From assembly GCA_016176285.1 (NCBI GenBank), contig JACOXM010000001.1, positions 5,812 to 69,811 of the forward strand: a stretch of DNA of 64,000 bases. The letters run 5' to 3'. The position numbers and the translations under genes were made by a program. Origin of the DNA: Candidatus Giovannonibacteria bacterium (GTDB lineage Bacteria; Patescibacteriota; Minisyncoccia; JACPKW01; UBA11713). Shown in pieces: positions 20,991 through 31,488 of this stretch (positions within the stretch are counted from its first letter, which is position 1; each line of letters opens with the position of its first letter). The notes under the pieces are model-generated. The model saw nothing but the letters and a program-made list of their open reading frames with translations. It had not been told where the DNA came from and made no database searches.

Positions 20991-23056
20991 AGTTTTCGTA
21001 TAACTGGCTGAACGAATACGTATCGCTTCCAAGGCCGAATAAAGTGGCTGAAATTTTGACGATGCATTCTTTCGAGGTCGAAGGTTTTGAAAAAGCGGGC
21101 AAGGACACGATTTTTTCGATCGATATTTTGCCGAACCGCATTCCCGACGCTTCGGGGCATCGGGGGGTTGCGCGGGAGCTTTCTTTGCTTCTGAAAAAGC
21201 CGATAAAAATTCCTAAATTTACCATAAAAGAATCTGGCGATGTAAAAAAGGAAATTTCGGTTGAGATTAGAGTAAAAAAAGAATGTCCTCGCTACACTGC
21301 CAGGTTTATGAAGAATGTGAAAGTTGGGCCCTCGCCCAAGGTTATTTTGGAGCGCCTGGGCGCATGCGGAATAAATTCAATTAATAATGTAGTCGATGCG
21401 GCGAATTATGTGATGCTCGACACCGGCCAGCCTCACCATGCTTTCGATGCAGATTTAGTGAAGGGAAAAATTATTGTTCGTATGGCAAAAAAAGGGGAGA
21501 AGATGGTAACGCTGGATAATGTTTCTCTTAAGCTCGACGATAGCGATTTGATAATAGCGGATGAGTCAGGTCCGCTGGGACTTGCTGGAATCAAGGGAGG
21601 AAAGAGGGCGGCCGTTACGGAAAAAACAAAAAATATTATCTTGGAATCTGCGAATTTCGATCCGGAATTTATTCAAAAGACTTCAAAAAAATATAATTTA
21701 TTGACCGATGCCGCAGTCAGGTTTCGCGCCGGTCTCGATAGGTCCATTTTGCCCCAATCTTTGGATGAATTCGCTTCGATTGTTCAGGAAATTGCCGGCG
21801 GGGAAGTGATGCGCGGTTTTATCGACACAAATCCAAAAAAAATAAAACGGGTCCTGTATTTTCGCCCGGATAAAGCCCGGAACGTCTTGGGCGAAAATAT
21901 CTCAAACGCAGAGATGAAAAATATTATGGAGGGATTGGGATTGATCATTCGCGGCAACAAATCAAATAAATGGCAGGTCGAAATTCCCGGAGTTAGGACA
22001 GATTTGACGCTTGAAGAAAATCTTTTTGAGGAAGTCGGCCGGATTTATGGTTACGAAAATATCAAGGCAAGGCCTCCGGTAATTTCTCTCGATAAAAATG
22101 AAGTGTCTGACGAATTCGAAACATTCAAGAAAAGAATCCAGGAAAGAATTTCCAATTTCGGATATTCGGAGGTGCATGGGTATTCTTTTGTCGGAGAAAA
22201 AGAACTTGAGGCTACCGACGACAAAAAGGGAGTAATCAAACTTGAAAACCCCATCCGTCCGGAGCTGGCTTTCCTGCGCCCAAATTTGACTATTTCCGTT
22301 ATGCAGGCGCTCTCCAAAAATTTGAAGCATTTTTCGGAGGTGAGAGTTTTTGAAATAGGGCAAGTTTTTTCAAAAAATGATAAAAAAATTAAAGACAGCT
22401 CGGAATTGGAAGACGCAAGGATTGCTTTCGGCTTTTCAAATAAAATGAAATTAAGAAAAAAGGGCGATTCTCCCTTTTTTGAACTTAAGGGAGTCATATC
22501 TTCATTGTTCGAATCTTTAGGGGTCGCCGATGTTTGGTTCGATGACGTTCCGCAGGATAAAATCAATTTTAAAAAATGGAACCGCGAACTTCTGCATCCG
22601 TTCAGGGCGGCCCAGATAAAATCCGGCGATAAGCTTTTGGGAATAATCGGAGAAATCCATCCGCGGGTTATGGACATTTTCGAAATAAAGTATCCTTCTA
22701 GCGTTTCGGAGATTTCTCTCGGCGCATTGTTCGAAACTGTCAGATCCGAGCGGGAATATAAAGAAATTTCAAAATATCCCGCTGTCTTGCGCGATATCGC
22801 GGTTTTGGTCCCTTCTCAAGTAAGGGTCACTGAAGTTTCCGATGTCATTGAAAATACCGCGGGAATGCTTTTGCGTGATTCCGATTTGTTTGATATCTAC
22901 GAGGGCGATGAAATTCCGGAAAATAAAAAAAGTTTGGCATTTTCACTTTTCTTTGAATCAAATGAACGCACCCTTTCAGAAAAAGAAGTTGATGAAATAA
23001 TGCAGAAAATCACCCAAACGCTTGAATCCAACCCCGAGTGGGAAGTTAGAAAATGA
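20987..23056 (+). CDS. pheT: Phenylalanine-tRNA ligase beta subunit (lacks B2 OB domain)
   Basis: MKFSYNWL, B3/4 (INNVVDAANYVML), B5 (EEVGRIYGY), FDX-ACB (RDIA..LFDIYEG). Confidence 0.94.
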   Translation: MKFSYNWLNEYVSLPRPNKVAEILTMHSFEVEGFEKAGKDTIFSIDILPNRIPDASGHRGVARELSLLLKKPIKIPKFTIKESGDVKKEISVEIRVKKECPRYTARFMKNVKVGPSPKVILERLGACGINSINNVVDAANYVMLDTGQPHHAFDADLVKGKIIVRMAKKGEKMVTLDNVSLKLDDSDLIIADESGPLGLAGIKGGKRAAVTEKTKNIILESANFDPEFIQKTSKKYNLLTDAAVRFRAGLDRSILPQSLDEFASIVQEIAGGEVMRGFIDTNPKKIKRVLYFRPDKARNVLGENISNAEMKNIMEGLGLIIRGNKSNKWQVEIPGVRTDLTLEENLFEEVGRIYGYENIKARPPVISLDKNEVSDEFETFKKRIQERISNFGYSEVHGYSFVGEKELEATDDKKGVIKLENPIRPELAFLRPNLTISVMQALSKNLKHFSEVRVFEIGQVFSKNDKKIKDSSELEDARIAFGFSNKMKLRKKGDSPFFELKGVISSLFESLGVADVWFDDVPQDKINFKKWNRELLHPFRAAQIKSGDKLLGIIGEIHPRVMDIFEIKYPSSVSEISLGALFETVRSEREYKEISKYPAVLRDIAVLVPSQVRVTEVSDVIENTAGMLLRDSDLFDIYEGDEIPENKKSLAFSLFFESNERTLSEKEVDEIMQKITQTLESNPEWEVRK

Positions 23057-23132
23057 GTGAAATTTATATTAGGTTTAATCGGGATTTTATGATAGAATTT
23101 ATCTATAAAAGCAATCAAATTTTACGTAACTA

Positions 23133-25178
23133 ATGGCTAAAAATAACAAGAAATCGAATGCCACCCTGAATGGGGGGAATGGGGGGTCTTACACCGCCAA
23201 GGATATTTATGTCTTGGAGGGACTTGAGCCTGTCCGGAAACGCCCGGGTATGTATATTGGGTCAACCGGAGTGGATGGGCTTCATCATTTAATTTGGGAA
23301 GTCGTTGACAACTCTCTGGATGAGGCAATGGCCGGATTCGCGAAAAATATTTCCGTCTCGCTTCTTCCCGGCAATAAAGTTCGAGTTGTGGACGACGGAC
23401 GAGGGATCCCGGTGGATATTCATAAGCAGACGAAAGTATCAGCGCTTGAAACCGTAATGACGACACTCCACGCCGGAGGAAAATTCGGCGGGGATTCCTA
23501 TAAAGTTTCCGGAGGCCTTCACGGGGTAGGCGTTTCCGTTGTTAATGCGCTTTCAAAATCTTTAACCGCCCAAGTTTGCAGGGACGGAGATAAATGGGAG
23601 CAGGAATATACAAGAGGAACGCCGGAGGGCAAGGTAAAAAAAACTGGCTCTTGCAAGGGTTCCGGAACTGCCATTACCTTTGAACCGGATATTGAAATTT
23701 TCAAGGATGTAAAATTCAACTGGGATACAATATTAGAGCATTTGCGGCAACAGGCATATTTGACTGCCGGAATAAAAATACAAATAAGAGACGAGCGGGA
23801 AAAAGAGGAGTATTTGCATAAATCATACGCGTTTTGTTTTGAGTCCGGCATACGTTCATACGTAAGCTTCTTGAACCGAAGGCAGAAGGTAAAAAATGAG
23901 ACAATTTTTTATACGGCTAAAGAAGTAAACGGCATTCATACTGAAGTCGCGTTGCAGTATGTTGACGATTTGACCGCGCGGGAGCTCGCTTTCGCTAACA
24001 ATATTTATAACCAAGAAGGCGGATCGCATTTGACCGGTTTTAGGACCGCGTTAACGCGGGTGCTGAATGATTATGCCAGGAAGAACGGATACTTGAAGGA
24101 TAAAGACAGTTTAACGGGGGAGGATGTGCGCGAAGGATTAACCTCCGTTATCGCGGTAAAAATTCAAAACAGTGTTTTGCAGTTCGAGGGGCAGACAAAA
24201 TCCAAATTAGGAAATCCGGAGGCGAGGGGGGCGGTTGAAAGCGTTTTCGGCGAAGCTTTTTCTTCTTATCTTGAAGAAAATCCATCGGAAGCGAGGGCTA
24301 TTCTCGAAAAAGTTATTTTAGCGCTTGAAGCTAGGAAAGCCGCAAAAGCCGCAAAAGATACTGTTTTAAGGAAGGGAGTTTTGGACGGCCTTACTCTTCC
24401 CGGAAAACTCGCGGACTGCCAATCGCGAAAGGCGGAGGAATCGGAAATTTTTATTGTTGAAGGTGACTCCGCCGGAGGCTCCGCGAAAATGGCAAGAGAC
24501 AGAAAATTCCAGGCAATATTGCCGCTTCGCGGAAAAATTCTAAATGTGGAACGCGCGCGCCTTGATAAAATGCTTTTGTCGAAGGAAATTAAGGCCCTAA
24601 TCATTGCCTTGGGCGCGGCAATTGCGGACGAACTTGATATATCAAAACTTCGCTACCATAAAATAGTAATAATGACGGATGCCGATGTTGACGGGGCGCA
24701 CATTAGAACTCTTTTATTGACACTTTTTTACAGATATTATCTTCCGATAATCGAGCAAGGATATTTATATATTGCCCAGCCCCCGCTCTACAGAATACAA
24801 AAAGGCAAAGACATCCGTTACGCTTTTTCGGACGGCGAGAAGGAAAAAATATTAAAAGATTTCGAAAAAATTGCAAAGGAAAAATCTAAAAAAGATGAAT
24901 CTGCTGAAACTGAAACTTCGCCGGAAGGGGAGCCAGAGGGAGTAGGAATAAAAATAAAAGGAATTAATATTCAGCGATATAAGGGCTTGGGAGAGATGAA
25001 CCCTTCCCAGCTTTGGGAGACTACAATGGACCCGGCCGTCAGAATTTTAAAGCAAGTAGGAATTGCCGACGCTTCGGAGGCATCAAAAACTTTTGAAATT
25101 TTAATGGGCGACGAAGTCGCCCCAAGAAAACTTTTCATTCAAACGCACGCGAGAGCTGTGCAAAACTTGGACGTTTGA
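23133..25178 (+). CDS. gyrB: DNA gyrase subunit B
   Basis: VRKRPGMYIG, EVVDNS, LHAGGKF, VEGDSAGG, PLRGKILN, TDADVDG, RYKGLGEM. Confidence 0.96.
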   Translation: MAKNNKKSNATLNGGNGGSYTAKDIYVLEGLEPVRKRPGMYIGSTGVDGLHHLIWEVVDNSLDEAMAGFAKNISVSLLPGNKVRVVDDGRGIPVDIHKQTKVSALETVMTTLHAGGKFGGDSYKVSGGLHGVGVSVVNALSKSLTAQVCRDGDKWEQEYTRGTPEGKVKKTGSCKGSGTAITFEPDIEIFKDVKFNWDTILEHLRQQAYLTAGIKIQIRDEREKEEYLHKSYAFCFESGIRSYVSFLNRRQKVKNETIFYTAKEVNGIHTEVALQYVDDLTARELAFANNIYNQEGGSHLTGFRTALTRVLNDYARKNGYLKDKDSLTGEDVREGLTSVIAVKIQNSVLQFEGQTKSKLGNPEARGAVESVFGEAFSSYLEENPSEARAILEKVILALEARKAAKAAKDTVLRKGVLDGLTLPGKLADCQSRKAEESEIFIVEGDSAGGSAKMARDRKFQAILPLRGKILNVERARLDKMLLSKEIKALIIALGAAIADELDISKLRYHKIVIMTDADVDGAHIRTLLLTLFYRYYLPIIEQGYLYIAQPPLYRIQKGKDIRYAFSDGEKEKILKDFEKIAKEKSKKDESAETETSPEGEPEGVGIKIKGINIQRYKGLGEMNPSQLWETTMDPAVRILKQVGIADASEASKTFEILMGDEVAPRKLFIQTHARAVQNLDV

Positions 25179-25292
25179 ATTTGACACACAATCTCTTCCG
25201 TTATATTTTAAAAAATAAGAAAGGAGATAGGTCTTTAAACAAGTTTTTGAATTTTTGGTACAAAAACTAACTCTAATTTTTTGGAGGACATC

Positions 25293-25592
25293 GTGAATAA
25301 AAAAAATAAAAAAGCTGTAATCGTTGACTATAGAGAAAAGCGGTTTGAGCTTTTTGTGCCGGGAGCAACTAGTGAAGGATTGCGGGAGAAGCTTAAAGAA
25401 GTCCCGATGTTTACAGGAGCAACTATAGTTCCTGGAGTGAACGAGGATAAGCCAGCGCTGTTTGTAATCGTAGGGGATTTTTGTAAACCGGCAGAAACTG
25501 TCGAGGGAGTATCCCGATGGGCTAAAACGACTTTTTTCGTTCCCAGTATTACGTTTACCGCATCTGCGCTAGCGGCGATGCGATCTCTGTAG
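25293..25592 (+). CDS. Hypothetical protein
   Basis: GTG at 25293 with GGAGG SD; hairpin terminator follows. Confidence 0.5.
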   Translation: MNKKNKKAVIVDYREKRFELFVPGATSEGLREKLKEVPMFTGATIVPGVNEDKPALFVIVGDFCKPAETVEGVSRWAKTTFFVPSITFTASALAAMRSL

Positions 25593-25613
25593 ACCTTTAT
25601 TTATTTCTCTAAC

Positions 25614-25640
25614 AGGCCAGCCGTTCTTTGACTGGCCTTT
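25614..25640 (+). terminator. Probable terminator
   Basis: AGGCCAG-11 nt-CTGGCCTTT. Confidence 0.5.
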
Positions 25641-25714
25641 GACATTTTTATAAGTTCAGTTATGATTAATAAATAAGCCCCTGCGGGGGTTTTAAAAAAC
25701 CTTTTTTTCATAAT

Positions 25715-25900
25715 ATGCTCGAAAAAATAACCAATTATTTTAAAGAAACGCGGCAGGAATTGAAGCATGTAAATTGGCCGTCTCGCGATAACACGGTTAG
25801 GTTTACCGTGCTTGTTATAGCGGTTTCCATTGTTATTGCGATTTTTTTGGGCCTCCTGGATTTCATTTTTCAATATTTGCTAAATACATTTATTTTGTAA
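25715..25900 (+). CDS. secE: Preprotein translocase SecE
   Basis: ELKHVNWPSR..TV.V plus one TM; upstream of nusG. Confidence 0.93.
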   Translation: MLEKITNYFKETRQELKHVNWPSRDNTVRFTVLVIAVSIVIAIFLGLLDFIFQYLLNTFIL

Positions 25901-25901
25901 C

Positions 25902-26447
25902 ATGGCCAAGCAGACAGGTGAATTTGGAAGAAATTGGTACGCGGTACACACTTATTCCGGCTATGAAGACGCCGTTGCCAGAAATTTGCGCCAGCGCATC
26001 GAGTCACTCGGGATGGAGGACAAAATTTTCAACGTATTAGTGCCCACCGAGAAAAAAATAAAAATTAAGGGCGGAAAAAGGAGGAGCGTTGAGGAAAAAA
26101 TTTATCCGGGATATGTTCTCGTTGAAATGATTGTAACTGATGATTCTTGGTATGTTGTAAGGAATACTCCAAGGGTTACCGGTTTTGTGGGCTCTGGAAC
26201 TACGCCGACTCCGCTTTCCCGCGAAGAGGTTGATATACTTTTCCGCAGAATGGGCGCCGAGGAGCCGAAATTCAAAGTGGATGTCTCAATAGGGGATGTG
26301 GTCAGAATAACCGACGGGCCGTTCAAGGAATTTGAAGGCAAAGTAAATGAAGTGGATGAGGAGAGGGGCAAGATCAAGGTGCTTGTTTCAATGTTCGGAA
26401 GAGAAACCCCAGTAGAGCTTGATTTCCTCCAAGTTAAAAAGCTATAA
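25902..26447 (+). CDS. nusG: Transcription factor NusG
   Basis: WYAVHTYSGYE, YPGYVLVEM, TPRVTGFVG, KOW, FGRETPVEL. Confidence 0.97.
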   Translation: MAKQTGEFGRNWYAVHTYSGYEDAVARNLRQRIESLGMEDKIFNVLVPTEKKIKIKGGKRRSVEEKIYPGYVLVEMIVTDDSWYVVRNTPRVTGFVGSGTTPTPLSREEVDILFRRMGAEEPKFKVDVSIGDVVRITDGPFKEFEGKVNEVDEERGKIKVLVSMFGRETPVELDFLQVKKL

Positions 26448-26453
26448 ATTAGT

Positions 26454-26876
26454 ATGGCAAAACCGATTAAAACAATTTTGAAGCTCCAGCTCCCTGCCGG
26501 CAAAGCCACCCCCGCGCCACCGGTTGGAACGGCTCTCGGTCCGCATGGAATAAACATTGGGGAATTCGTTAAAAAATTTAACGATGCGACGGCGGACAAA
26601 GGGGATTCGATTATTCCTGCAGAAATAACCATTTTTGAAGACAGGACTTTTACTTTTGTTTTAAAAACGCCTCCCGCGTCAGATTTATTAAGAAAGGCGG
26701 CGGGAATAGAAAAAGGTTCAGATAATCCCTTAAAAAATAAAGTAGGAAAAATCAAAAAATCCCAGATACGCGAAATCGCCGAGAAAAAAATGGAAGATTT
26801 GAATGCAAACGATATTGATGCCGCGATGAAAATTATCGAAGGTTCCGCCCGTTCAATGGGCATTGAGATAGAATAA
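26454..26876 (+). CDS. rplK: 50S ribosomal protein L11
   Basis: [26 protein letters not shown]. Confidence 0.97.
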   Translation: MAKPIKTILKLQLPAGKATPAPPVGTALGPHGINIGEFVKKFNDATADKGDSIIPAEITIFEDRTFTFVLKTPPASDLLRKAAGIEKGSDNPLKNKVGKIKKSQIREIAEKKMEDLNANDIDAAMKIIEGSARSMGIEIE

Positions 26877-26878
26877 TT

Positions 26879-27991
26879 ATGTCAAAGAAGCTCGGAGCTG
26901 TTCCATATCAGACAATTATCGGGATGATCGCAGATGGTTCCATCAAGGGCGCTCTGGAATCGAGCGTGCGCCCGGCTTCTCTTGACTTGCGGCTATCTGA
27001 CGAATTTTATCGCGTCGACGGAATTTTTTTGCCGAGACCCGGCGAGAAAGTGAGAAACATACTTCCTGAAATGGGCGCAGTGGAACACAGCCTGGATTAT
27101 CCTCTGGAAAGAGGGGTTACTTATCTTGCAAGGCTCGAAGAATCTCTTGAATTAAAAGAAGATATATATGGCTATTCAAATCCTAAATCTTCCACGGGAA
27201 GAAATGATATTCATGCCCGTGTGATTGCGGATGGTGTTTCGCGCTACGATACAACGGCTCCGGCGGGATTTTCTGGCGAGCTTTGGCTCGCAATTGAGCC
27301 TAGATCTTACCCCGTTCGTCTGAAACCCGGCGTCTCTTTAAGCCAGATCCGTTTTTTTAATCACGACACAAGGTTCAACGAAGAAGAACTCATGTTCTAT
27401 TTTGAACGCGATCAGCTTTTATGGCACAAGGGTCGCCCTCTTTCTTATAATGAAATAAATATAAAAGATGATGATGGGGCATTAATTCTTACCGCTGAAT
27501 TAGAAGACGCCCTTGTCGGATACGAATGCAGAGGGTCGGGAAAAGTGTTGGATTTTAGCCTTAAGGGCCACTATCAGCCAGAAGAATTTTTCCAACCTCT
27601 GAAATCGTCTAAAGGAACCGTTCTTTTGAAAAAAGACAGTTTTTATATCATCCGCACGAAAGAAGCCGTTAGGGTTCCCCCTCACTTTTCTTCAGAGGTT
27701 GTCCCTATGGATGAGCGTTCCGGAGAATTCCGCACTCATTATGCGGGATTTTTTGACCCCGGGTGGGGCTGGGGCGAGAATGGGGAGGGAAAGGGCAGGC
27801 GCGGAGTATTAGAAATTCGGCCTTTTTCCGACGTTCTCTTACGGGATGGCCAACCAGTGGCTAAATTCCGCTTCGAAAAAATGATGGAGGCGCCCGAGGC
27901 AAACTACGATGCGATGCCCGACTCAAACTACAATTCAAAAGAAGAGGAAAACCTGCCCAGACTTTCCAAGCATTTCAAGGTGCCAGTATGA
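26879..27991 (+). CDS. dcd: dCTP deaminase (long two-domain DCD type)
   Basis: PASLDLRL, NPKSSTGR.D, GEFRTHYAGFFDPG.G, VLEIR. Confidence 0.88.
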   Translation: MSKKLGAVPYQTIIGMIADGSIKGALESSVRPASLDLRLSDEFYRVDGIFLPRPGEKVRNILPEMGAVEHSLDYPLERGVTYLARLEESLELKEDIYGYSNPKSSTGRNDIHARVIADGVSRYDTTAPAGFSGELWLAIEPRSYPVRLKPGVSLSQIRFFNHDTRFNEEELMFYFERDQLLWHKGRPLSYNEINIKDDDGALILTAELEDALVGYECRGSGKVLDFSLKGHYQPEEFFQPLKSSKGTVLLKKDSFYIIRTKEAVRVPPHFSSEVVPMDERSGEFRTHYAGFFDPGWGWGENGEGKGRRGVLEIRPFSDVLLRDGQPVAKFRFEKMMEAPEANYDAMPDSNYNSKEEENLPRLSKHFKVPV

Positions 27992-28638
27992 ATCTAAGGC
28001 CATTCCTGATTGCTTTTGAGGGTATAGACGGCAGCGGCAAGGGAACGCAGGCTATGAAACTTAGGGAATGGCTGGAAGTACAAACAAAAAAATCCGTTGG
28101 GGGATGGACTGAACCGAATGACGAATCAAGCCTTATCGCGAAAACAATTCGCGCGGTTTTGGCGAAAGAAATAAAAATAGCCGATCCTTTTGAATTCCAG
28201 AGGATGTATGTCATAGATCGCGCGCAAAATATTTTTTCGCATTTAGTTCAAAATAAAGATAATCATGAATATAAAGTGACGGAGAGGTTTGCATTGTCCA
28301 CGATTGCTTACGGAATGCTCACTGGACGCCCCGCCGAAGATTTTATAAATTTACACAGGGAAGTCCTTGGCCCATCCATGGTTTGGCCGGACCTTACAAT
28401 TTTAATTGACGTGCAGGCCGATACGGCAATTTCCAGAATTAATTCAAGAAGAGATATGGAAGGAAGGGCTAAAGAATCTTTTGAGAAGAAAAATTTTCTG
28501 GAAAAAGTAAGGGAAAATTACTTAAGCCTCGCAAAAAGAAACGATATCGGTAAAATCACGGTTGTGAACGGCGAGAGGCCGCAGGAAGAGGTTTTCGAAG
28601 ACGTTAAAAAAGCAGTTTCCAAGCATTTTGGATTTTAA
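27988..28638 (+). CDS. tmk: Thymidylate kinase
   Basis: FEGIDGSGKGTQ, ERF..STIAYG, PDLTILID. Confidence 0.9.
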   Translation: MNLRPFLIAFEGIDGSGKGTQAMKLREWLEVQTKKSVGGWTEPNDESSLIAKTIRAVLAKEIKIADPFEFQRMYVIDRAQNIFSHLVQNKDNHEYKVTERFALSTIAYGMLTGRPAEDFINLHREVLGPSMVWPDLTILIDVQADTAISRINSRRDMEGRAKESFEKKNFLEKVRENYLSLAKRNDIGKITVVNGERPQEEVFEDVKKAVSKHFGF

Positions 28639-28666
28639 TTTTTTTGTTTGCTAGGATATTAGCCAT

Positions 28667-30379
28667 ATGGCGTTTCCACCGGGCGCAATAGAGTTTGCAA
28701 GGGATTTCGTAAATAAGCCGATTTACGCTTATACGGACCTCGAAAAAAGAATGCTCAAAAGCTTTTTTACGAATTTCGAGAGGCGCGTTTTTTTCATGCA
28801 TTCCCTCCCTTCGAATGTTTCAGCGACGCTTTTCGCGATGTATTCGAGGATGAAAAATCAAAGGGGTATTAGGGGGGTATTTGTGGATTCATTTATTCCG
28901 GAATTTCTGGCCTGTTCCCTCCAGGAGTTTATTGATAAAGAAAGCGAATTCGGGCAGGAATCTACGAAATTTTTACGATCGAGAGATATAAAAAATTTAA
29001 ACGATTTTTACGCATATTCGGACGAGTCGAGGAGATCGGTGGAGGAATTTTTAGGATCAATTCAAATTGATCCGGACTATCTTCAAAGGCTTGCGGAATC
29101 AAACCGCACGAAAAGATTTCTCGGAATGTGGCTTGATAAATACGGACATAATTCCATCGCTAGAACGAGTTCTTTTTATCTAGGCTTCGAGCAAATTTCT
29201 CTTCTTGCCGCGAAATCCATAGAGTGGACCAGGCCCGGCGCCGGGTATATCGAGCTTTCCACCAGGTATGTTGATATGGGCGGAAAGGATTGCTTCCCGA
29301 TCGCGGAGTTACTCGGGATTTATGGAAAAAGCGCGGTTTCGGTCATCGGTCTCCTCGAGAAATCCTTTGATTATTATAGGGAACTTCAGGGCGATAAATT
29401 TTCGGGCCCGTTTCCGCAATTTTTACGCGAAAATTATTCAAAATTTATTACAAATGAAAAAGACCTTGAAAACGGAGTAGTAGGGGAGACTTGCGATGTG
29501 CTTGGAAATTTTCTTCCTTGCGCAACACTTACCTCAGTGGGCGTTCATATATCCGGAGAATCCCTTCCGGAATTAATGAAGCATTTGATAGTGGACAACA
29601 CTCCCGAAAACGAAGCCCTCGCAGAGGCCGTAATGGCGGAATCGGAAAAAGTCGGCGCGAATCAATTTATCCGCCATTTCGAGCCTACTCCATGGAAAAC
29701 AATGTCATGGGAATATCTCGATACGAAAGCTTTTCTTAACCACGAAGACCCCATTGTTGTCGAAAGCGGAAGCCTCTCGAGGGAGGCGGCAGAGAAAATT
29801 TTGGTGCGCGCTTTCCAGAAACTCAAGTCGGGAGAAAAAATAAAAAATATTGACGACTTAATTTCGAAGTTTAAAGACGTTCCCCGCGGAGAATACGATA
29901 GATTGTCGAATCAGTTTGAAAGGATTAACGCGACCCTTTCCGGCGTTATGAGTTTTCGGGGGTGGCGCGATCTTCACAGGCAGGGATTTTCCACGCATTT
30001 GCGAACTTTCGTAACGCCTGATATAGGATTTTATAAATATGACAAAAAAGCTCCGGAGAGTTTCTTTAAAGCTTCGGAATATATTCACAATGAAAATAAA
30101 AAAGTTTACAGGGAGCTGGATACACTCCCTCGCGAAATCCTGCAGTACCCAATGGCGATTGGAAACCTTATCGGTTTTGAAATTTCCTCAAACCTGCTTC
30201 AATGGGAATTTTGTAATTGGCAGAGGACGAAGTTTTCCGTGAACCACGAAGTCCGGCAGGTTTTCCTTTCAATGGAAAACCTTTTGCGAAAGAATTATCC
30301 GTGGTGGAAGGATATTTCTCGCGCCGATATTACCCCCGCGTATATTTTCGCAAGAACGGAAAAAGGAATTCCCCTCTAA
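28667..30379 (+). CDS. thyX: FAD-dependent thymidylate synthase, tandem-domain ThyX-like
   Basis: LFAMYSR, YGHNSIA, ELSTRYV, FRGWRDLHRQ; follows dcd-tmk. Confidence 0.75.
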   Translation: MAFPPGAIEFARDFVNKPIYAYTDLEKRMLKSFFTNFERRVFFMHSLPSNVSATLFAMYSRMKNQRGIRGVFVDSFIPEFLACSLQEFIDKESEFGQESTKFLRSRDIKNLNDFYAYSDESRRSVEEFLGSIQIDPDYLQRLAESNRTKRFLGMWLDKYGHNSIARTSSFYLGFEQISLLAAKSIEWTRPGAGYIELSTRYVDMGGKDCFPIAELLGIYGKSAVSVIGLLEKSFDYYRELQGDKFSGPFPQFLRENYSKFITNEKDLENGVVGETCDVLGNFLPCATLTSVGVHISGESLPELMKHLIVDNTPENEALAEAVMAESEKVGANQFIRHFEPTPWKTMSWEYLDTKAFLNHEDPIVVESGSLSREAAEKILVRAFQKLKSGEKIKNIDDLISKFKDVPRGEYDRLSNQFERINATLSGVMSFRGWRDLHRQGFSTHLRTFVTPDIGFYKYDKKAPESFFKASEYIHNENKKVYRELDTLPREILQYPMAIGNLIGFEISSNLLQWEFCNWQRTKFSVNHEVRQVFLSMENLLRKNYPWWKDISRADITPAYIFARTEKGIPL

Positions 30380-30464
30380 AATTAATTTTCTATCAGAGGT
30401 ATGAAGTATACAGACGATCGTCGCCAAACTACACTCCGCTCTAATTTTTATCAAATAAATTTAA

Positions 30465-30497
30465 AAAGGCTTGCCCGATAGATCTGGGAAAGCCTTT
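30465..30497. terminator. Bidirectional terminator between convergent thyX and folA-HIT
   Basis: AAAGGCTTGCCC...GGGAAAGCCTTT. Confidence 0.6.
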
Positions 30498-30501
30498 GAA
30501 C

Positions 30502-31488
30502 TTAAACTATGCCGAAAGCCACTTTCTTGTATTCAGGGCAACTGGCGTCGTGTTTCGCGAAAATGAAATGCGTGTGAAGGTGCTTTATGGAGGAGCCACT
30601 ATATCGTGGATTTCCCTCGCGCATTGCGAATACTCCGCCGGGAGATCTGTATTCCACCTTTGCCCATTTCTCGAGCTTTAGGAGCTCGGTTCCGGCATCG
30701 TCGTGCATATCCAGGATAGATTCGATATGCCTGCCATGCGGATCCTTATAGATTGCGAGCAAATGCGGGCTCGTGTTTTCAAGAGGGAAAGTGTTGAAGG
30801 TTAATGTCCAATATTTCCACTCTTTGATCGTCTTTTCGATAAATCTTTTTCTGTACTCGGGGCAGAATGGACAAATTCCTTCATCTCGAATTCTGCGCAT
30901 ATGATCCAGCTGCTCTTGAGTTCGGCAATTCCAGAGCTCGACATAACTCGCTTTCCATGTAGCCCTTCTGAGTGTTCGGTAGGTGTAATCGAACTCATTT
31001 ACTTCATCGAAGCCATTTCTTTGAATCAAGATCGGTTCCCAGTCTGCTCGGTTTATCTTGGGAAAAAATTTGTCCCCATGGATTTTTGCATGAACCTCTG
31101 TTAGACAGAGCATATCCGCAAGCGGGAGAGTTTTTTCAAAGACTTCCTGGCCGCCTATGGCGCAAATCTCTTCTGTACCGGAAGCGATTTCGACAGCCTC
31201 TTCGATGGAGTCTGCTTTTACGCAAGGATGAGGCGCCGAAAAGCTGAATTTTTTAGAAAGCACAACGGTTTTCCGATCTCTGAAAAAAAACCTTCCGTAC
31301 TTGTTCCAGAGGATTTCGAAGGTCTTTCTGCCTGCGAGCAGGGTTTTTCCAAGCGTGAATTTTCTGAAAAGCGCCAAGTCCGCTTGTAAATTCCAAGGAA
31401 GCTTGCCTTTTGCGGAGATTACCCCATTTTCTGCTACGGCCGCGATCACGGATATATTAGGTCTTTCTAGATTAGGTCTTTCTAGCAT
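30502..31488 (-). CDS. folA: Dihydrofolate reductase fused to a C-terminal HIT-family domain
   Basis: IAAVAENGVI..LPW.LQADL..FR..T, GRKTF, IGG, GDKFFP; then CPFC, NTFP, HLHTH. Confidence 0.82.
   Translation of the reverse strand: MLERPNLERPNISVIAAVAENGVISAKGKLPWNLQADLALFRKFTLGKTLLAGRKTFEILWNKYGRFFFRDRKTVVLSKKFSFSAPHPCVKADSIEEAVEIASGTEEICAIGGQEVFEKTLPLADMLCLTEVHAKIHGDKFFPKINRADWEPILIQRNGFDEVNEFDYTYRTLRRATWKASYVELWNCRTQEQLDHMRRIRDEGICPFCPEYRKRFIEKTIKEWKYWTLTFNTFPLENTSPHLLAIYKDPHGRHIESILDMHDDAGTELLKLEKWAKVEYRSPGGVFAMREGNPRYSGSSIKHLHTHFIFAKHDASCPEYKKVAFGIV
31456..31485. repeat. 15-bp tandem duplication at the folA 5' end (LERPN x2)
   Basis: ATTAGGTCTTTCTAG twice. Confidence 0.9.

Noticed and set aside
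20987-23056. Short PheT lacking the B2 domain as a novelty or pseudogene
   Set aside because: The ORF is intact with all other domains, and B2-less PheT is common in reduced and CPR genomes.
26102-26863. 253-aa antisense ORF, and many similar antisense ORFs over pilT, pheT, rpoC and others
   Set aside because: These are shadows of well-conserved sense genes and have no recognisable motifs.
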